This document shows positions 51,013 through 64,000 of a DNA stretch of 64,000 nucleotides, piece after piece; within the stretch, counting starts at the first letter, position 1; every line of letters begins with the position of its first letter. Source of the stretch: Mobula hypostoma (Eukaryota); contig NC_086097.1 of the NCBI RefSeq assembly GCF_963921235.1, positions 40,984,001 through 41,048,000 on the forward strand, read 5' to 3'. The notes under the pieces were generated by a model. The model was given only the letters and a program-made list of their open reading frames with translations. It was not told where the DNA came from and ran no database searches. A program made the translations under genes and the position numbers.

Positions 51013-53724
51013 GGGACCTCCAAAGAAGCCATTTGTGAATTTTACAGTCAGCTAATTCCTACTTCTTTAAAATTAGTAATAATTGGAGGATCTGATATAA
51101 GAAACCATAATGTGCAGTTGTAACCGTATTAGAAGCTTTCAAATGTATTCCTCAACATTAATTACATAATTAAGAGGTGGTAAATACCTCAGAAGACCAT
51201 CCACAACCAAATTAGTCATTAGATTTTCCTGTGCTTCTATCTGGTTGTTAGAAATTCTATTTAGATCCTGTAGAAAGTATTTGCATTGTACAGAGGAGTG
51301 ATTGATTTTCTGCATCTCTGGCTACAGTATACTCGCACAACAGTTAAATGCTAGAATGTAGGTTTCTTAGTTGGCATTACCTTAATGTTGGTGGTACCAT
51401 AGCTATTTTAAATGGGTTGAAAACTTTAAGCTATGTTCTCACAAGATATAAGAGGTATCATTGACAGCAAAACATTATTACTGTGCAAACTTTGCTTTGA
51501 TCCGGTATATTCCACTCTGCATTCCTGAAAATTGGACATGAGTCCAACATGGATTCCTTGGGGCAATATTAATTCTACACAATTGCCAATGAATCCTCCA
51601 GTTTCAGCAAGGAGAATCTGAAGTGCTTCAAAATGTGTTGATGGAACTGAAAGGCCATAATCTAATTTGCTGGGCCACTGAACAAATTGAAAAATTTCCT
51701 CTTTGATTGAAATAGCTTGTTACAAAAGTGACAGTTTAACAAGTGGAGTATTAACTGTAGATTTCCCCAAATCAACAATCACATTTAAAAATAGGAATAA
51801 CTTGTTATCCTGCATCATTTTTGTAATAATATATTTCTATTTATAGCTTTATAAACTATTCTCAATATATGTAGAACTTTCAGATTCTGAAATTTAGTTT
51901 CAGTTATTATTAAATACATTTGTAAATTAAATTGAGAATCTATACTGAGAAATAGAGAATGTATGAATATACTCTGAAAGAAAGCTAATTACCTTCATGA
52001 TGTAATGAATGTAGTTTTTACCACTATCAGACAATTTGTATATTGAGAGGCACGATTAAGTGGTTTGACTGCAGCTTTAGATGCTCTTTATTTAGAATAC
52101 TCATAATTAATCTGCTCATTTATGGTGGACAGATAAAACATTGAACATTAGTTGTGCACTGAAGCTTGTAGAACCTGCCATTGAAATGTGAAATGTGACA
52201 TTGACAGTGCAAGGTAACATGGAGATTATGGGTTTGGTCATAGGTTTGAGTAGATGCTTCAATATGATTTGAAGTTATTGAATGCAGAATCCTAGCAGGA
52301 CTTCTCTTCAGTTTGGTTGTTATCTCACTTTGGGGTTAATAATGGCATTGGAGAGTTTGTCTTTTGCGGAGAGCTGGGGACTTGCATCTACTTACCATGG
52401 TTGAAAATAGTCTCCCAAAATGGATTTACCCAAAGACATCTGATTCCACCAGAGAAAATGTTAATGTCAGCAGTAGGTGGATGTGTAACTGAATTCATAG
52501 GGAGGGCATAAGTCAAAGTTAACAGCATGTGACCAGAACATTGATTGTTATGGTGAACTTAAATCTGTTGGAAATTAATTAAGAGGATAGTAGTGACAGA
52601 AGGAAAGATGTTTACATTCTGCACATAGCAATGGATTGTTTGATAATCCAGTGGTCAAGGAAGGAATGGAGAATCTGGTTCTAGATCCACTGTTCAAGTT
52701 GCCTCGTTCCATACATTTCAGGTCAATGGAATGTAACTGTCCATTGCATTGGATGAAACATGGATCATGATTACACCCTATAGATTGATAAGTGAAAAGT
52801 TAACAGCTCCTCTTGGCATTGTTTGGTGATTCATAGATATGGACATTGTGAGGAGGGAACATTTTGTCTTCTCTGAGCTACCTCTAAATTCAGAGGACTG
52901 AGTGACCATTTTTAGGGACAGTTAGGAGTAGCCACAGTGAAGCGTTGGAGCATATATAAGTTGAATTAGGATGTCACATTTCCTTTCCTGAAGGCCATTG
53001 GTAAAATAGCTGGATTCCTATAAAAATCTGGACATTTCTTTGTCACCAGATCTGAAATCAGCCAGATTTATTTAATTAATTAAATTTAAATAATCTACAA
53101 TAAGATCAGTTTTTTTAAAGGGGGTAATGTGATATCCCAAAAGTTCAGCTCTTCTGAATAGCAAGTTATAAACTCATATTAATAATCTAGGCTACACATG
53201 CTACTTCAGTAACTTAATACCTGTGCTATTGTACCTCTTAACAACAGGTTGCCAGAAAATAATATAGGACTCTTTGGTCTCACTAATTAAGGAGTAATGT
53301 CCTATACCTATCTCCATTGAAACCATAATTGATCCTTTAATAAATGTTCATGGGTAATTTACTTGTGTCTGGGAAGGTAGAAGTTCCAGATTTGAGTATT
53401 TGCTTATGTTTTATTTATTGTCAGTAATTGGAGATTCAATGATTTAAATAACCACCAAATCTCCCCACTTGCTCTGATGAAGGAATACAATAAGGTTACT
53501 TTCTGCATGACAAAAGATATAGATTCTGAAATAAATATATGGAATAATTATAGGATGAAACTACAACAAGAATTTTACCAGAGAACAATGCATTTTGATT
53601 CTATTATAGATTTTAGTCTAAGTCTGCGTAGGCATCAATTAATTTCATTCTGCCACGTCCACATTTTAAACATATTGGTTGGACTTAGTCACCTGTTTTA
53701 TTATATCTTATACCTTCTCAGAAT

Positions 53725-55595
53725 TAGCTTTAATACCACCGGCATATGTCATGAAATATGTTGTTTTGCGGCACGAGTACATTGCCACACATAATAGAAT
53801 ACTATAAATTACACCAAAATGTATAAATATTTCTATATAAAGTTAATTAAATATGTAATCCAAAAGAGAAAGCAAAAGAAAAAGTGAGATAGTGTTCATG
53901 GGTTCGTTGTCCATTCAGGAATCTGATGGTGGAGGGGAAGAAGCTGTTTCTGAAATGTTGAGTGTGTGCCTTCAGGCTTCTGTATCTCCTCCTTGATGGT
54001 AACAATGAGAAGAGGGCATATCCTGGGTGATGGTGTCCTCAATGATTTATGACACCTTTTTGAGGCTTCACCTTTTAAAGGTGTCCCCAATGGTTGGGAG
54101 GCTAGTGCCCATGATGGAGTTGGCCGAGTTTACTACTTTCTGCAGCTTTATCCAATCCAACCAATTAGAATGCTCTCCACGGTAGGTGTGTGTTCCCTCA
54201 CCTTCCCCATCCTGAAGTCCACAATGAATTCCTTGGTCTTACGTTGAGTGCAAGGTTGCTGCGACACCACTCAACCAGCTGATTTGTCTCACTCCAGTAA
54301 ACCTCCTCATCATCATCTGAAATTCTGCCAATAATCGACGTGTCATCTGCAAACTTACAGATGGCATTTGAGCCATGGCTGGCCACATAGTCGTGGGTGT
54401 AGAGAGAGTAGAACAGTGGGCTATGCATGCATCTTTGAAGTGCACTGGTGTTGATCGTCAGTGAGGAGATACTATTTCAGATCCGTACTGATTGTGGTCT
54501 CTCAGTGAGGAAGTCAAGGGTCCGGTTGCAAACGGAGATACAGAGGCCCAGGTCTTGGAGCTTCTTGATCAGAACTGAGGGTATGGTTGTGTTGAAAGCT
54601 GATGACTTGAAACACTTTTGAATCTCTGTCTGTAGCAGTGAGAATTGAAGACATCTTTGAACACCCCCCTGGTTGGCACAGGTTTTTAATGCCCTCTCAG
54701 GTGTACCATCAGAGGCCTGACTCCATGTGAGGGTTCACCTTCTTGAAGGATGTTCTGAAATTGGCCTTGGAGACAGAAATCACATGGTCACCAGATGCTG
54801 CAGGGATTGATACAGGTGTACTTTTAGTCTCCCTTTCAAAATGTGCATAAAAAGCATTGAGCTTATCTGGGAGTGAGACATCACAGCCATTCATGATGGT
54901 AGGTTTCACTCTGCGGGAAGTAATGGCCTGCAAACACTGCTAGAGCTGACGTGCATCGGATTCTGTCTCTAACTTCAATCGGAGTTGTTTTTTCACTCTT
55001 AAAATAGCCTTCTGTAGGTCGTACCTGGATTTTTTGTATAGTTCTGGATCATCGGTCTTGAATACCATAGACCTATCCTTCAGTACACCATGAATTTCCT
55101 GGTTTATCCGCGGCTTTAGACTTGGCTATGTCTGGTATGTTCTCAAAGGCACACACTCATCCACACTGGTCTTGATGAAGGAAGTCAGTTGACAATTGTG
55201 CCATATTAATTCAGATTCAAAGATGAGACTGACTCAAAGTAATCCCATAAGCACTCCTCCACCTCCTTTGACCATACCGTCGTGTTCTTCACCACTCATG
55301 TTACAGTCTTCAGTCTCTGCCTGTACAGCAAGGTTATTGGACTTCCCAAAGTGTGAGATGGCATGGTACGCATTTCTGGTGGTGGTGTAACTGTGGTTAA
55401 GTGTGTTGGCTCCTCTGGTTCTGCAGGTAACATGTTGATGGTAGTCTTTCAGAGACTTCTTCAGACTGATCCCCTACAATGCCAGCGGGTGCACTGTTTT
55501 TGTGACCGCTGATCAAAGTGCTCAGCTCCCCCAGTACCTGGCAACATTGGCCTGAGGTGGAATGTACACTGCTACCAGCTTTGGAACCTGCAGTG
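53725..55595 (-). mobile_element. Rex1/Babar-type LINE, decayed and internally deleted
   Basis: SPLFYSLYTHDY..KFADDTSIIGRIS (54198-54428) and LPDKLNAFYAHFE (54709-54933); 3' end resembles 11560-12037. Confidence 0.8.
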
Positions 55596-57166
55596 CATCT
55601 GTTTTTCTATCATTACATTCTGGAAGTAGATTGTCTTGTGAATAAAGGGAATTTCTTTATTTGCAGTTTCTATATTCTTAACTCCTGGTTTGGTATCCAG
55701 CCAGTGATCAAATTCAAGCTACAATATTTGATAGGGTTCAAAATGTGTTGAGAAGCCACATGACATAGAAATTAATATTACTTACTGCCCCATGACATTT
55801 TGAATGGGAGAGGGTTATTTATGAAAATGGGAGGCATAATTGATTCACTGATTGTTTTACAGTGTGGTTCCCCAAGTGGTAACTATCTGGAGATTCAAGA
55901 TCACAATTGGTCTTCCAATGGAGGGGATTAATCAGTGAGATATTTTGTCCAATATGTCACCTGATTTATCAGAAGGCTTTCCTGTATTTCAATTCAAAAG
56001 GTGAACATAAACAAACTGCCCCAGCAGTGAGATACAAAGAAGCAGACAAGACTAAAATGCGTCAGTAAAAATGATCACTGCTGTGCATTTGTAAATTACT
56101 GCTTTGCAGCAAAATATTTCCATCAAAATGACTGGTTATTTGATGCGAGAAGAATCTTCTGTTGAAGAATGAGGGTTGCTGTAGAGATAATGCACAATAA
56201 CAGAGGGGAGCTCTCGATATGTTTGCTGTTTAAACTCATCATCTGTCAAAGCGTTGTCAAACTGGGTAAAGACTCAAAAAATCAAACTCTTATTATGTTT
56301 TTCTTTATTGAGCTCTGTCTTAGGAGAAGGGGAAATAACTGGCTCAGTAATTTAACATCATTTGGTAAAGAACAGAAAGCAACATTTCCAGAATTAGCAC
56401 GAATAATAGACAAAATAATGACATGTTAAATTGCCAGAAATGGAGATTTCTCATTCCTCCATGTAATGCATGAAGACCAAATCTGGAATGTGACAAAATA
56501 CGTGCATAAATGAGTGTAAATCCAAGACCACTCAAGAAACTGAACCAATCAGGACAAAACAGTTGGGCGATTGGCACTCCACCTCCACCTCCCTAAACAA
56601 GCACTCCCTCTACCACACTGGCGGCAGAGTTTCACCATCTACAAAGTGAATTGTTGTTACTCAAAAAACACCTTCCAAACCTGTGACCACTATCACCAAG
56701 AAGGACAAGAGCAGCGGGTTGCACGTGGGAGCACCCCCACCTCCAACTCAATGTCAATCAGATTTGAAATGTCTTTTACTGTCACTGGTATAAGCCCCAG
56801 CGCTTTTTATTCATGCTCAATCTGAGAATAGGACTGCAGTAGTTCAAGAGAATAGATTTTCACCACTATCTTGTTAAGTTACAACCACACAGTCGGAGAC
56901 CATCTGGCCCATCAGATTCATAGCAGCTCCCAACAGAATAATCTTATCAGTCCCATTTCCACCTCCTTATTTTCAGGTAAATGCAATAGGTAGAAATGGA
57001 TGAGAAGCAATCTCTGTGACATATTCATTCAAAGCAGTGTTTCTCACTTTGAAATCTGAACAACTCTTCAAAGTAACAGCTTCTTATGGCTCTTGCCATT
57101 CTGATTCCAAACAACTTGTTTGAAAGAATTTGTCCATTCATGGGTTCTAGTAATGCATCCTTTTTT

Positions 57167-57370
57167 AAAACACAAGATACTCGACAGATGTTGGAAATCT
57201 TGAGCAACACACACAAGATGCGGGAGGGACTCTGCAGGTCAGGCAGCATCTAAAGAGGTGAATAAACAGTTGATATTTCGGACCTAGACCTTTCATCAGG
57301 ACAGGAAAGGAAAGGATAAAAGGCCAGAAGAAGAAGGTGGGGGGCTCCCCCAGCATTTTGTGTGTGTTGT
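57167..57370. mobile_element. Short Penelope-terminus derivative with inverted end
   Basis: CAACACACACAAGATGC on the left and GCATTTTGTGTGTGTTG on the right; hammerhead remnant CTGATGA..GAAA on the - strand at 57267-57302. Confidence 0.75.
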
Positions 57371-58532
57371 ATCCCTCTTTATGTTGTATCTTTTCCTTCT
57401 TGTATCTTTCTCAGCCAGTTTCTCTCTTTTCTGCCTCTTAACTCTGTGGCTTCAAGCTGGGATACATTATTCAGATCTTGTCTCTCATCTGTGACCCAAA
57501 TGGTGAATATTAGCATGGAGCTGGGAGAGTAGATTATGAGGACACTCAGTCCTCGTTTATTGTCATTTAGAAATGCATGCATTGAAAAAATGATACAATG
57601 TTCCTTCAGAAATATATCACAAGAAAACACAGGACAAACCTGTGATAAAGAATGATAGCTGAGTGTGACAGAATCACCATGGATTTCAACATTCTTAGGA
57701 TCAGGAACCAGAATACTTGCCCATTGTCCTTTCAGCCACATGGTGTTACTGAATCAAGACATCTGTAAGGCAATACTGCTGGCTGGCATATCCTAAGCTG
57801 CAGAAGTACCTGTTGTGGGATGCACTGAAACTTGGTGCAGGCAATCAAAAGACTCTGTGGTGTAGGATCACGCAGTCGAGGATCAGTCAGCTGTGGGACA
57901 TAGAGTGGGGAGGTTGAGTTTGGTGGCAAGCTTCTCAGACTGAAAGGATGTATGTCACTAGAGGACTGCACGAGTGGCTACTGAATGTATTGACCACATC
58001 TCACTAACACTGGAAAGAGTCTTGCTCTGCTTATGAATGAAGTTTATTTTTGTATTAAAGACATCTTATTAAAGCATACAAGACTGAGAGGGATGAACAG
58101 GGAAGATATTATTTCCATTAGCTGTAGAATTTAGGGGTGTAGTGGCAGAATAAAGGACTGTAAATTTGGATTAAAGTGAGGAATACTCTATGCAGAATTT
58201 TATAAATCTTTTTAGTACTGATTCATTGAGTATGCTGAAAGGAAATTAATAGTCTTTTGGCATTAAGAGTCAGGGAATATGGTGAGTGGGGGTGGTGGAG
58301 AAATGGCCTGGATGCATTGCATAAGTCTGGTAGAACAAGCTCAAATGCTTCCACTTTTAAGAACATTACAATTAATTGCCCTCTCCTATGGCTACAAAGG
58401 AATTTTCAATGGTAGAGATGAACCTCACTTACACAAACATGAGGAAATCTGCAGATGCTAGAAATTCAAGCAACACACACAAAAAATGCTGGTGAACGCA
58501 GCAGGCCAGACAGCATCTCTAGGAAGAGGTAC

Positions 58533-58568
58533 AGTCGACGTTTCGGACCGAGACCCTTCATCAGGACT
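58533..58568 (-). ncRNA. Minimal type I hammerhead ribozyme in the Penelope pseudo-LTR
   Basis: AGUC-CUGAUGA-A-GGGUCUCGGUCC-GAAA-CG-UC-GACU: stem I AGUC/GACU, intact core, short stem II, palindromic ACGU stem III. Confidence 0.85.
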
Positions 58569-60827
58569 AACCGAAAGAAGAGATGGTAAGAGATTTGAAA
58601 GTGGGAGGGGGAGGTGGAGATCCGAAATGATAGGAGAAGACAGGAGGGGGAGGGATGGAGCCAAGAGCTGGACAGGTGATTGGCAAAAGGGATACAAGGC
58701 TGGAGAAGGGAGAGGATCATGGGACGGGAGGCCTAGGGAGAAAGAAAGCGGGAGGGGAGCCCAGAGAATGGAGAGCAGGCAAGGAGTTATAGTCAGAGGG
58801 ACAGAGGAAGAAAAGAGAGAGAGAGAGAGAGAAAAAAAAACAGAAATAAATAAATAAATAAGGGATGGGGTACGAAGGGGAGGAGGGGCATTAACAAAAG
58901 TTAGAGGTCAATGTTCATGCCATCAGGTTGGAGGCTACCCAGACAGAATATAAGGTGTTGTTCCTCCAACCTGAGTGTAGCTTCATCTTGACAGTACAGG
59001 AGGCCATGGGTAGACATATCAGAATGGGAATGGGACGTGGAATTAAAATGTGACGCCACTGGGAGATCCTGCTTTCGCTGGCGGACAGAGCGTAGATGTT
59101 CAGCGAAACGGTCTCCCAGCTTGTGTCGAGTCTCGCCAATATATAGAAGGCCGCATCGGGAGCACCGGACGCAGTATATCACCCCAGCCGACCCACAGGT
59201 GAAGTGTCGCCTCACCTGGAAGGACTTTCTGGGGCCCTGAATGGTGGTGAGGGAGGAAGTGTAAGGGCATGTGTAGCACTTGTTCCGCTTACAAGGATAA
59301 GTGCTGGGAGGGAGATCAGTGGGGAGGGATGTGGGGAACGAATGGACAAGGGGGTTGTGTAGGGAGCGATCCCTGCGGAAAGCAGAGGGTGGGGGGAAGA
59401 TGTGCTTGGTGGTGGGATCCCTTTGGAGATAGCAGAAGTTACGGAGAATTATATGTTGGACCCGGAGGCTGGTGGGGTGGTAGGTGAAGACAAGAGGAAA
59501 CCTATTCCTAGTGGGGTGGCGAGAGGATGGGGTGAGAGCAGATGTGCGTGAAATGGGAGAGATGCATTTGAGAGGAGAGTTGATGGTGGAGGAAGGGAAG
59601 CCCCTTTCTTTAAAAAAGGAAGACACCTCCTTTGTCCTGGAATGAAAAGCCTCATCCTGAGAGCAGATGCGGCGGAGACGGAGGAATTATGAGAAGGGGA
59701 TAGTATTTTTGCAAGAGACAGGGTGGGAAGAGGAATAGTCCAGGTATCTGTGAGAGTCCGTAGGCTTATAGTAGACATCAGTAGATAATTGTCTCCAGAG
59801 ATAGAGACAGAAAGATCAAGAAAGGGGAGGGAGGTGTCAGAAATGGACCTGGCAAACTTGAGGGCAGGGTGAAAGTTGGAGGCAAGGTTAATGAGGTCGA
59901 CGAGCTCAGCATGCGTGCGGGAAGCAGCGCCAATGCAGTCGTCGATGTAGCAAAGGAAAAGTGGGGGACAGATACCAGTATAGGCTTGGAACATGGATTG
60001 TTCCACAAAGCTAACAAAAAGGCAGGCATAGCTGGGACCCATACGGGTGCCTATGGCTACACCTTTAGTTTGGAGGAAGTGGGAAGAGCCAAAGGAGAAA
60101 TTATTAAGAGTAAGGACTAATTCCATTAGACGGAAGATAATGGTGGTAGAGGCGAACTGGTTGGGTCTGGAATCCAAAAAGAAGTGGAGAGCTTTGAGAC
60201 CTTCCTGGTGGGCGATAGAGGTATATAGGGACTGGACATCTATGGTGAAAATAAAGCGGTGGGGGCCAGGGAACTTAAAATCATTGAAAAAATTCAGAGT
60301 GTGAGAAGTGTCACGAACATAGGTGGGAAGGGATTAACAAGGGGTGATAAAACAGTGTCGAGGTATGCAGAAATGGGTTTGGTGCAGCAGGAGCAAGCTG
60401 AGACAATAGGTCTACCTGGACAGGCAGGTTTGTGGATCTTGGGTAGGAGGTAGAAGCAGGAAGTGTGGGGTGTGGGAACTGTAAGGTTGGTAGGAGTGGA
60501 TGGGAGATCCCCTGAGCTGATAAAGTTGGTGATGGCATCCCTTATTTATTTATCCCCCCTCCCCATTTTTTTTCCTCTCTCTTTTTCCTTCCTCTGTTCC
60601 TCTCACTATAACTCCTTGCCTGCTCTCCATCCCTTGGGCTCCCCTCCCCTTTTCTTTCTCCCTAGGCCTCCCATCCCATGATCCTCTCCTTTCTCCAGCC
60701 TCATATCCCCTTTTGCCAATCAACTTTCCAGCTCTTAGCTCCATCCCTCCCCCTCCTGTCTTCTATCATTTCGGATCTCCCCCTCCCCCTCCCACTTGCA
60801 AATCTCTTACTATCTCTTCTTTCAGTT

Positions 60828-60863
60828 ACTCCTGACGAAGGGTCTCGGCCCGAAATGTCAACT
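60828..60863 (+). ncRNA. Decayed minimal hammerhead in the inverted pseudo-LTR
   Basis: CUGACGA-A-GGGUCUCGGCCC-GAAA-UG-UC. Core is intact, but stem I and the palindrome are mutated. Confidence 0.6.
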
Positions 60864-61631
60864 GTACCTCTTCTTATAGATGCTGCCTGGCCTGCTGCAT
60901 TCACCAGCATTTTTTGTGTGTATTGCTCATTTGAAGGTAGATTGACGTGGTTGTGGTGATTAATTATCTCTGTTCTTTAAGTACTAGGACGTCACATAGA
61001 AACATAGAAAACAGTGCAAATCACTGTTGGAGTTCCTCAGTACTAAGAACAATAATCTTCATCCATTTCATCAGAAGATCTGGTGGGAGGAGGATTGGGT
61101 TGTTGTTCAGCAATGATTGCACAATGTCTAGTTACGTATACAACTCCTCAGTGGTTGCATGTAACAACACCCTAACAGCAGTCTGGCACATCGGTGGGAA
61201 GTAGCTTTTGTAGCACAGATGTGCCAGATAATGACCATCTCCAGCTTAGGAGAGGATAACCAGCATGATGTTTAGTGGCCTTATTATTGCACCCCCCAAT
61301 CAAAATCTTGGGGATCACTATTGACCTTCTCAATTGGATCAACTACATAAATACTGGCAATTGGGAGCCTGTGGTGGGAGACTCACTTCCCGCTGTCCAC
61401 AGCACTTCAGCCATTAGGGGTATGATGGAATATACTCGAAGAACCTGGATGACTGTAGTTCAACAACACACGAAAAGCTTGATGCAATTTAGGACAAATC
61501 AGCCACATAATTGTTACTGCATCACTCTGACAATTCATTCTCTCCACCACTTTCACCCAGAGTGTACCAATTACAAAATAAGCTACACTTACTCACTTAG
61601 GATACAGTTGCAACACCTCCTGAACCTGTAA

Positions 61632-62390
61632 TAATAGACAATAAACCACAGGTGCAGGAGTAGGCCTTTCAGCCCTTCGAGCCAGCACCACCATTCACTG
61701 TGATCATGGCTGATCATCCATAATCAGTACCCTGTACCTGCCTTCTCCCCATATCCCTTGACTCCGCTATCTTTAAGAGCTTTATCTAACTCTTTCTTGA
61801 AAGAATCCAGAGAATTGGCCTCCACTGCCTTCTGAGGCAGAGCATTCCACAGATCCACAACCCTCTGTGTGAAAAAGTTTTTCTTCAACTCCGTTCTAAA
61901 TGGCCTACCCCTTATTCTTAGACTGTGGCCTCTGGTTCTGGACTCACCCAACATCGGGAACATATTTCCTGCCTCTAGCATGTCCAATCCCTTAATAATC
62001 TTTTATGTTTCGATCAGATCCCCTCTCATCCTTCTAAATTCCAGTGTATACAAGCCCAGTCACTCCAATCTTTCAATCTATGACATTCCCACCATCCCTG
62101 GAATTAACCCAGTGAACCTACGCTGCACTCCCTCAATAGCATGAATGTCCTTCCTCAAATTTGGAGACCAAAACTTCACACAATACTCCAGATGGGGTCT
62201 CACCAGGGCCTTGTACAGCTGCAGAAGGACCTCTTTGCTCCTATACTCAACTCCCCTTGTTATGAAGGCCAACATGCCATTAGCTTTCTTCACTGCCTGC
62301 TGTACCTGTATGCTTACTTTCAGTGACTGATGAACAAGGACACCCAGATCTCGTTGTACTTCCCCTTTTCCTAACTTGACACCATTCAGA
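61632..62390 (-). mobile_element. CR1 3' fragment, well preserved
   Basis: ORF 62078-62425 (RDLGVLVH..LYKALVRPHLEYC) and ORF 61724-61987 (SRTRGHSLRI..FFTQRVVDLWNALP). Confidence 0.9.
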
Positions 62391-64000
62391 TTTAATGTAA
62401 CCTCTAACATTAAGGACAAAGGCAACAGGTAAGTGGTGACACCACCAATTGCAGGTCCTCAGTGCACAGTGTCGGGACTTGGAAATGTATCCTGTTCATT
62501 CTTTAGTTCTAGATCTGAAGCAATGAATGTTCTCCTCAGCACAGGACATTGCCGTACAGTCAGCATGTCATACAGGATGGAAAATGGTCTTCGACCCAGT
62601 GGGTCCTCACATCAAGCATCCAGTTCACACTGATCCTTTTGACAGTATACAGTACTTTCACCAAGGACAGCTTACCACAACATTCTTAAGGGACACTAGG
62701 AATGGATGATAAATGCTGACAATCAAAAGTAAATTGAGGAATATATCAATAAAGCCAAGAAGTTATTTTCCTAATCTTTGCCTCCTCTGCTAAACTGGGG
62801 TGCAGTTTTTTTGGGGAAAAATAATGGGAGAAGCTGGAGAATTTCTACATCCATCACAACAGACACCCAAACACCAGTGTAAGCCTATAACTCAGCCTCT
62901 GTTTCTTCTTCCTTCGGGTTGCTGATAGTAAGTCGAGCATCTTGGAATTGGTCCTTTTGGAATTTGCTTTGGGGTATCACAGTGCATCAAAATGAAGTCC
63001 TAGTTTCTCAAATATTGGGGTGAATTTTCAGATGTGAAAGATAATCCATTCCATCCTTGGAGTTGGAAGTAAGAAACTGAAGTCCAAGTAGATTAAGCAT
63101 GTGTAAGATTGCATAACTATTGCCTTTTCAATCGAACCATCTAAGCAGCATAAGACAGCAATCTATTTGACATGTTTCTGTAATTCTCCTGGAGCTCAAA
63201 CACCGGTCAGAGGGCTTTGATATCACTGGAGAATGTGCTCCTGGATGTTTTTGTTTCCGGTTGGTCAGCTTTGCTCACTAACTTATTTTTTGGAATAAGT
63301 TGATGTTACATTTTATCTGTGACTCAAGTATCGTGTCAAAGTCTTTTCAAGGATCCTTGGGCCAGTGAAGAGTAGAAAAAAAGGGAGGATTAGTCTTACA
63401 TCACTAGGCCCATCGTCACCTTGACAAAGCAAGCAACCAGTCGTGTTCCCATCCCACCAGGTACTTCCATTCAAATCAGCAGATGAAATGATTGTGTGAA
63501 GGGAAGGACACTGATGGTCCCTTGCACCCATGCACCCTTTTAATGGTGGAAGCTAGTGCTGACTTCTATCTTCAGTATCTATTTTTTATCATGCCTTTCC
63601 AGCCGCCGTTCATCTCGACAATGTAACTGCAGAATATTTAGTTCTGTTTTGACCTCCTAAATGACAAGTAGTAAATATATTTGCTCTGAGCACGGGCACT
63701 TTCGTAGCAGAATTAGTATCCGTTGGTCTTCACAGTCTTGGCTGTTGCATGCATTTTGTAGGATATAAAGCAGGTACTAATTATCTTCAAGTACTGAACG
63801 TATAATACCTGACCTAGAGTGTAGCAGGCACAAACAAGAAAATTGTGGTTTTGATTTGCATAAGTGTAAAGCTCAATGTGGTAAGTTGTGCAGTTATATA
63901 GTTTATAGGCAAATCACGAATTGATTATCTAGACCATCCAGAATGCTTGAAATCTTAAAACATTTACCTGTGACCAAAATTTATCAAGTTACATTTCAAA

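Larger units (their letters stand above)
58431..60926 (-). mobile_element. Penelope-like element (Neptune type), 5'-truncated, with inverted pseudo-LTRs
   Basis: RT (FLQTKGVAIGTRMGPSYACLF, YIDDC, PFLDL) frameshifted to a Cys-rich linker (CKRNKCYTC) and GIY-YIG (VIYCVRCSRCGLLYIGET..RFAEH). ~390-bp inverted repeats at 58469-58867 and 60536-60926. Confidence 0.92.

Noticed and set aside
58424..60932. 7-bp TSD CTCACTT/CTCATTT for the Neptune element
   Set aside because: One mismatch, short and AT-rich, and the boundaries are uncertain; not firm enough to report.
30516..64000. Next MDGA2 exon (Ig4)
   Set aside because: No Ig-like peptide with splice sites was found by eye or in the ORF track; it probably lies beyond the window, though a short exon could have been missed.

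Overview
Vertebrate genomic DNA, most likely from a cartilaginous fish and probably a ray (inferred from the V-SINE/CR1/Rex1/Penelope repeat mix). The window lies inside a large + strand gene, MDGA2. Only two coding exons are visible: 10413-10545 (second half of an Ig domain) and 30246-30515 (a complete Ig domain). The rest is intron packed with decayed, often nested retroelements: CR1, Rex1/Babar, RTE, V-SINEs, Neptune-type Penelope elements with minimal hammerhead ribozymes, and a Gypsy element with a PNMA-like Gag. The most unusual object is a near full-length HERO-like (R2 superfamily, RLE endonuclease) retrotransposon at 3055-6865 (-), bounded by a 174-bp terminal direct repeat. By hand, that repeat folds into a multiply pseudoknotted RNA with a canonical kink-turn and all three hammerhead core strings in correct pairing register but non-standard order. 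It is a candidate undescribed structured RNA or ribozyme and is untested. Boundaries of decayed repeats are approximate, and family names come from motif recognition, not database searches.
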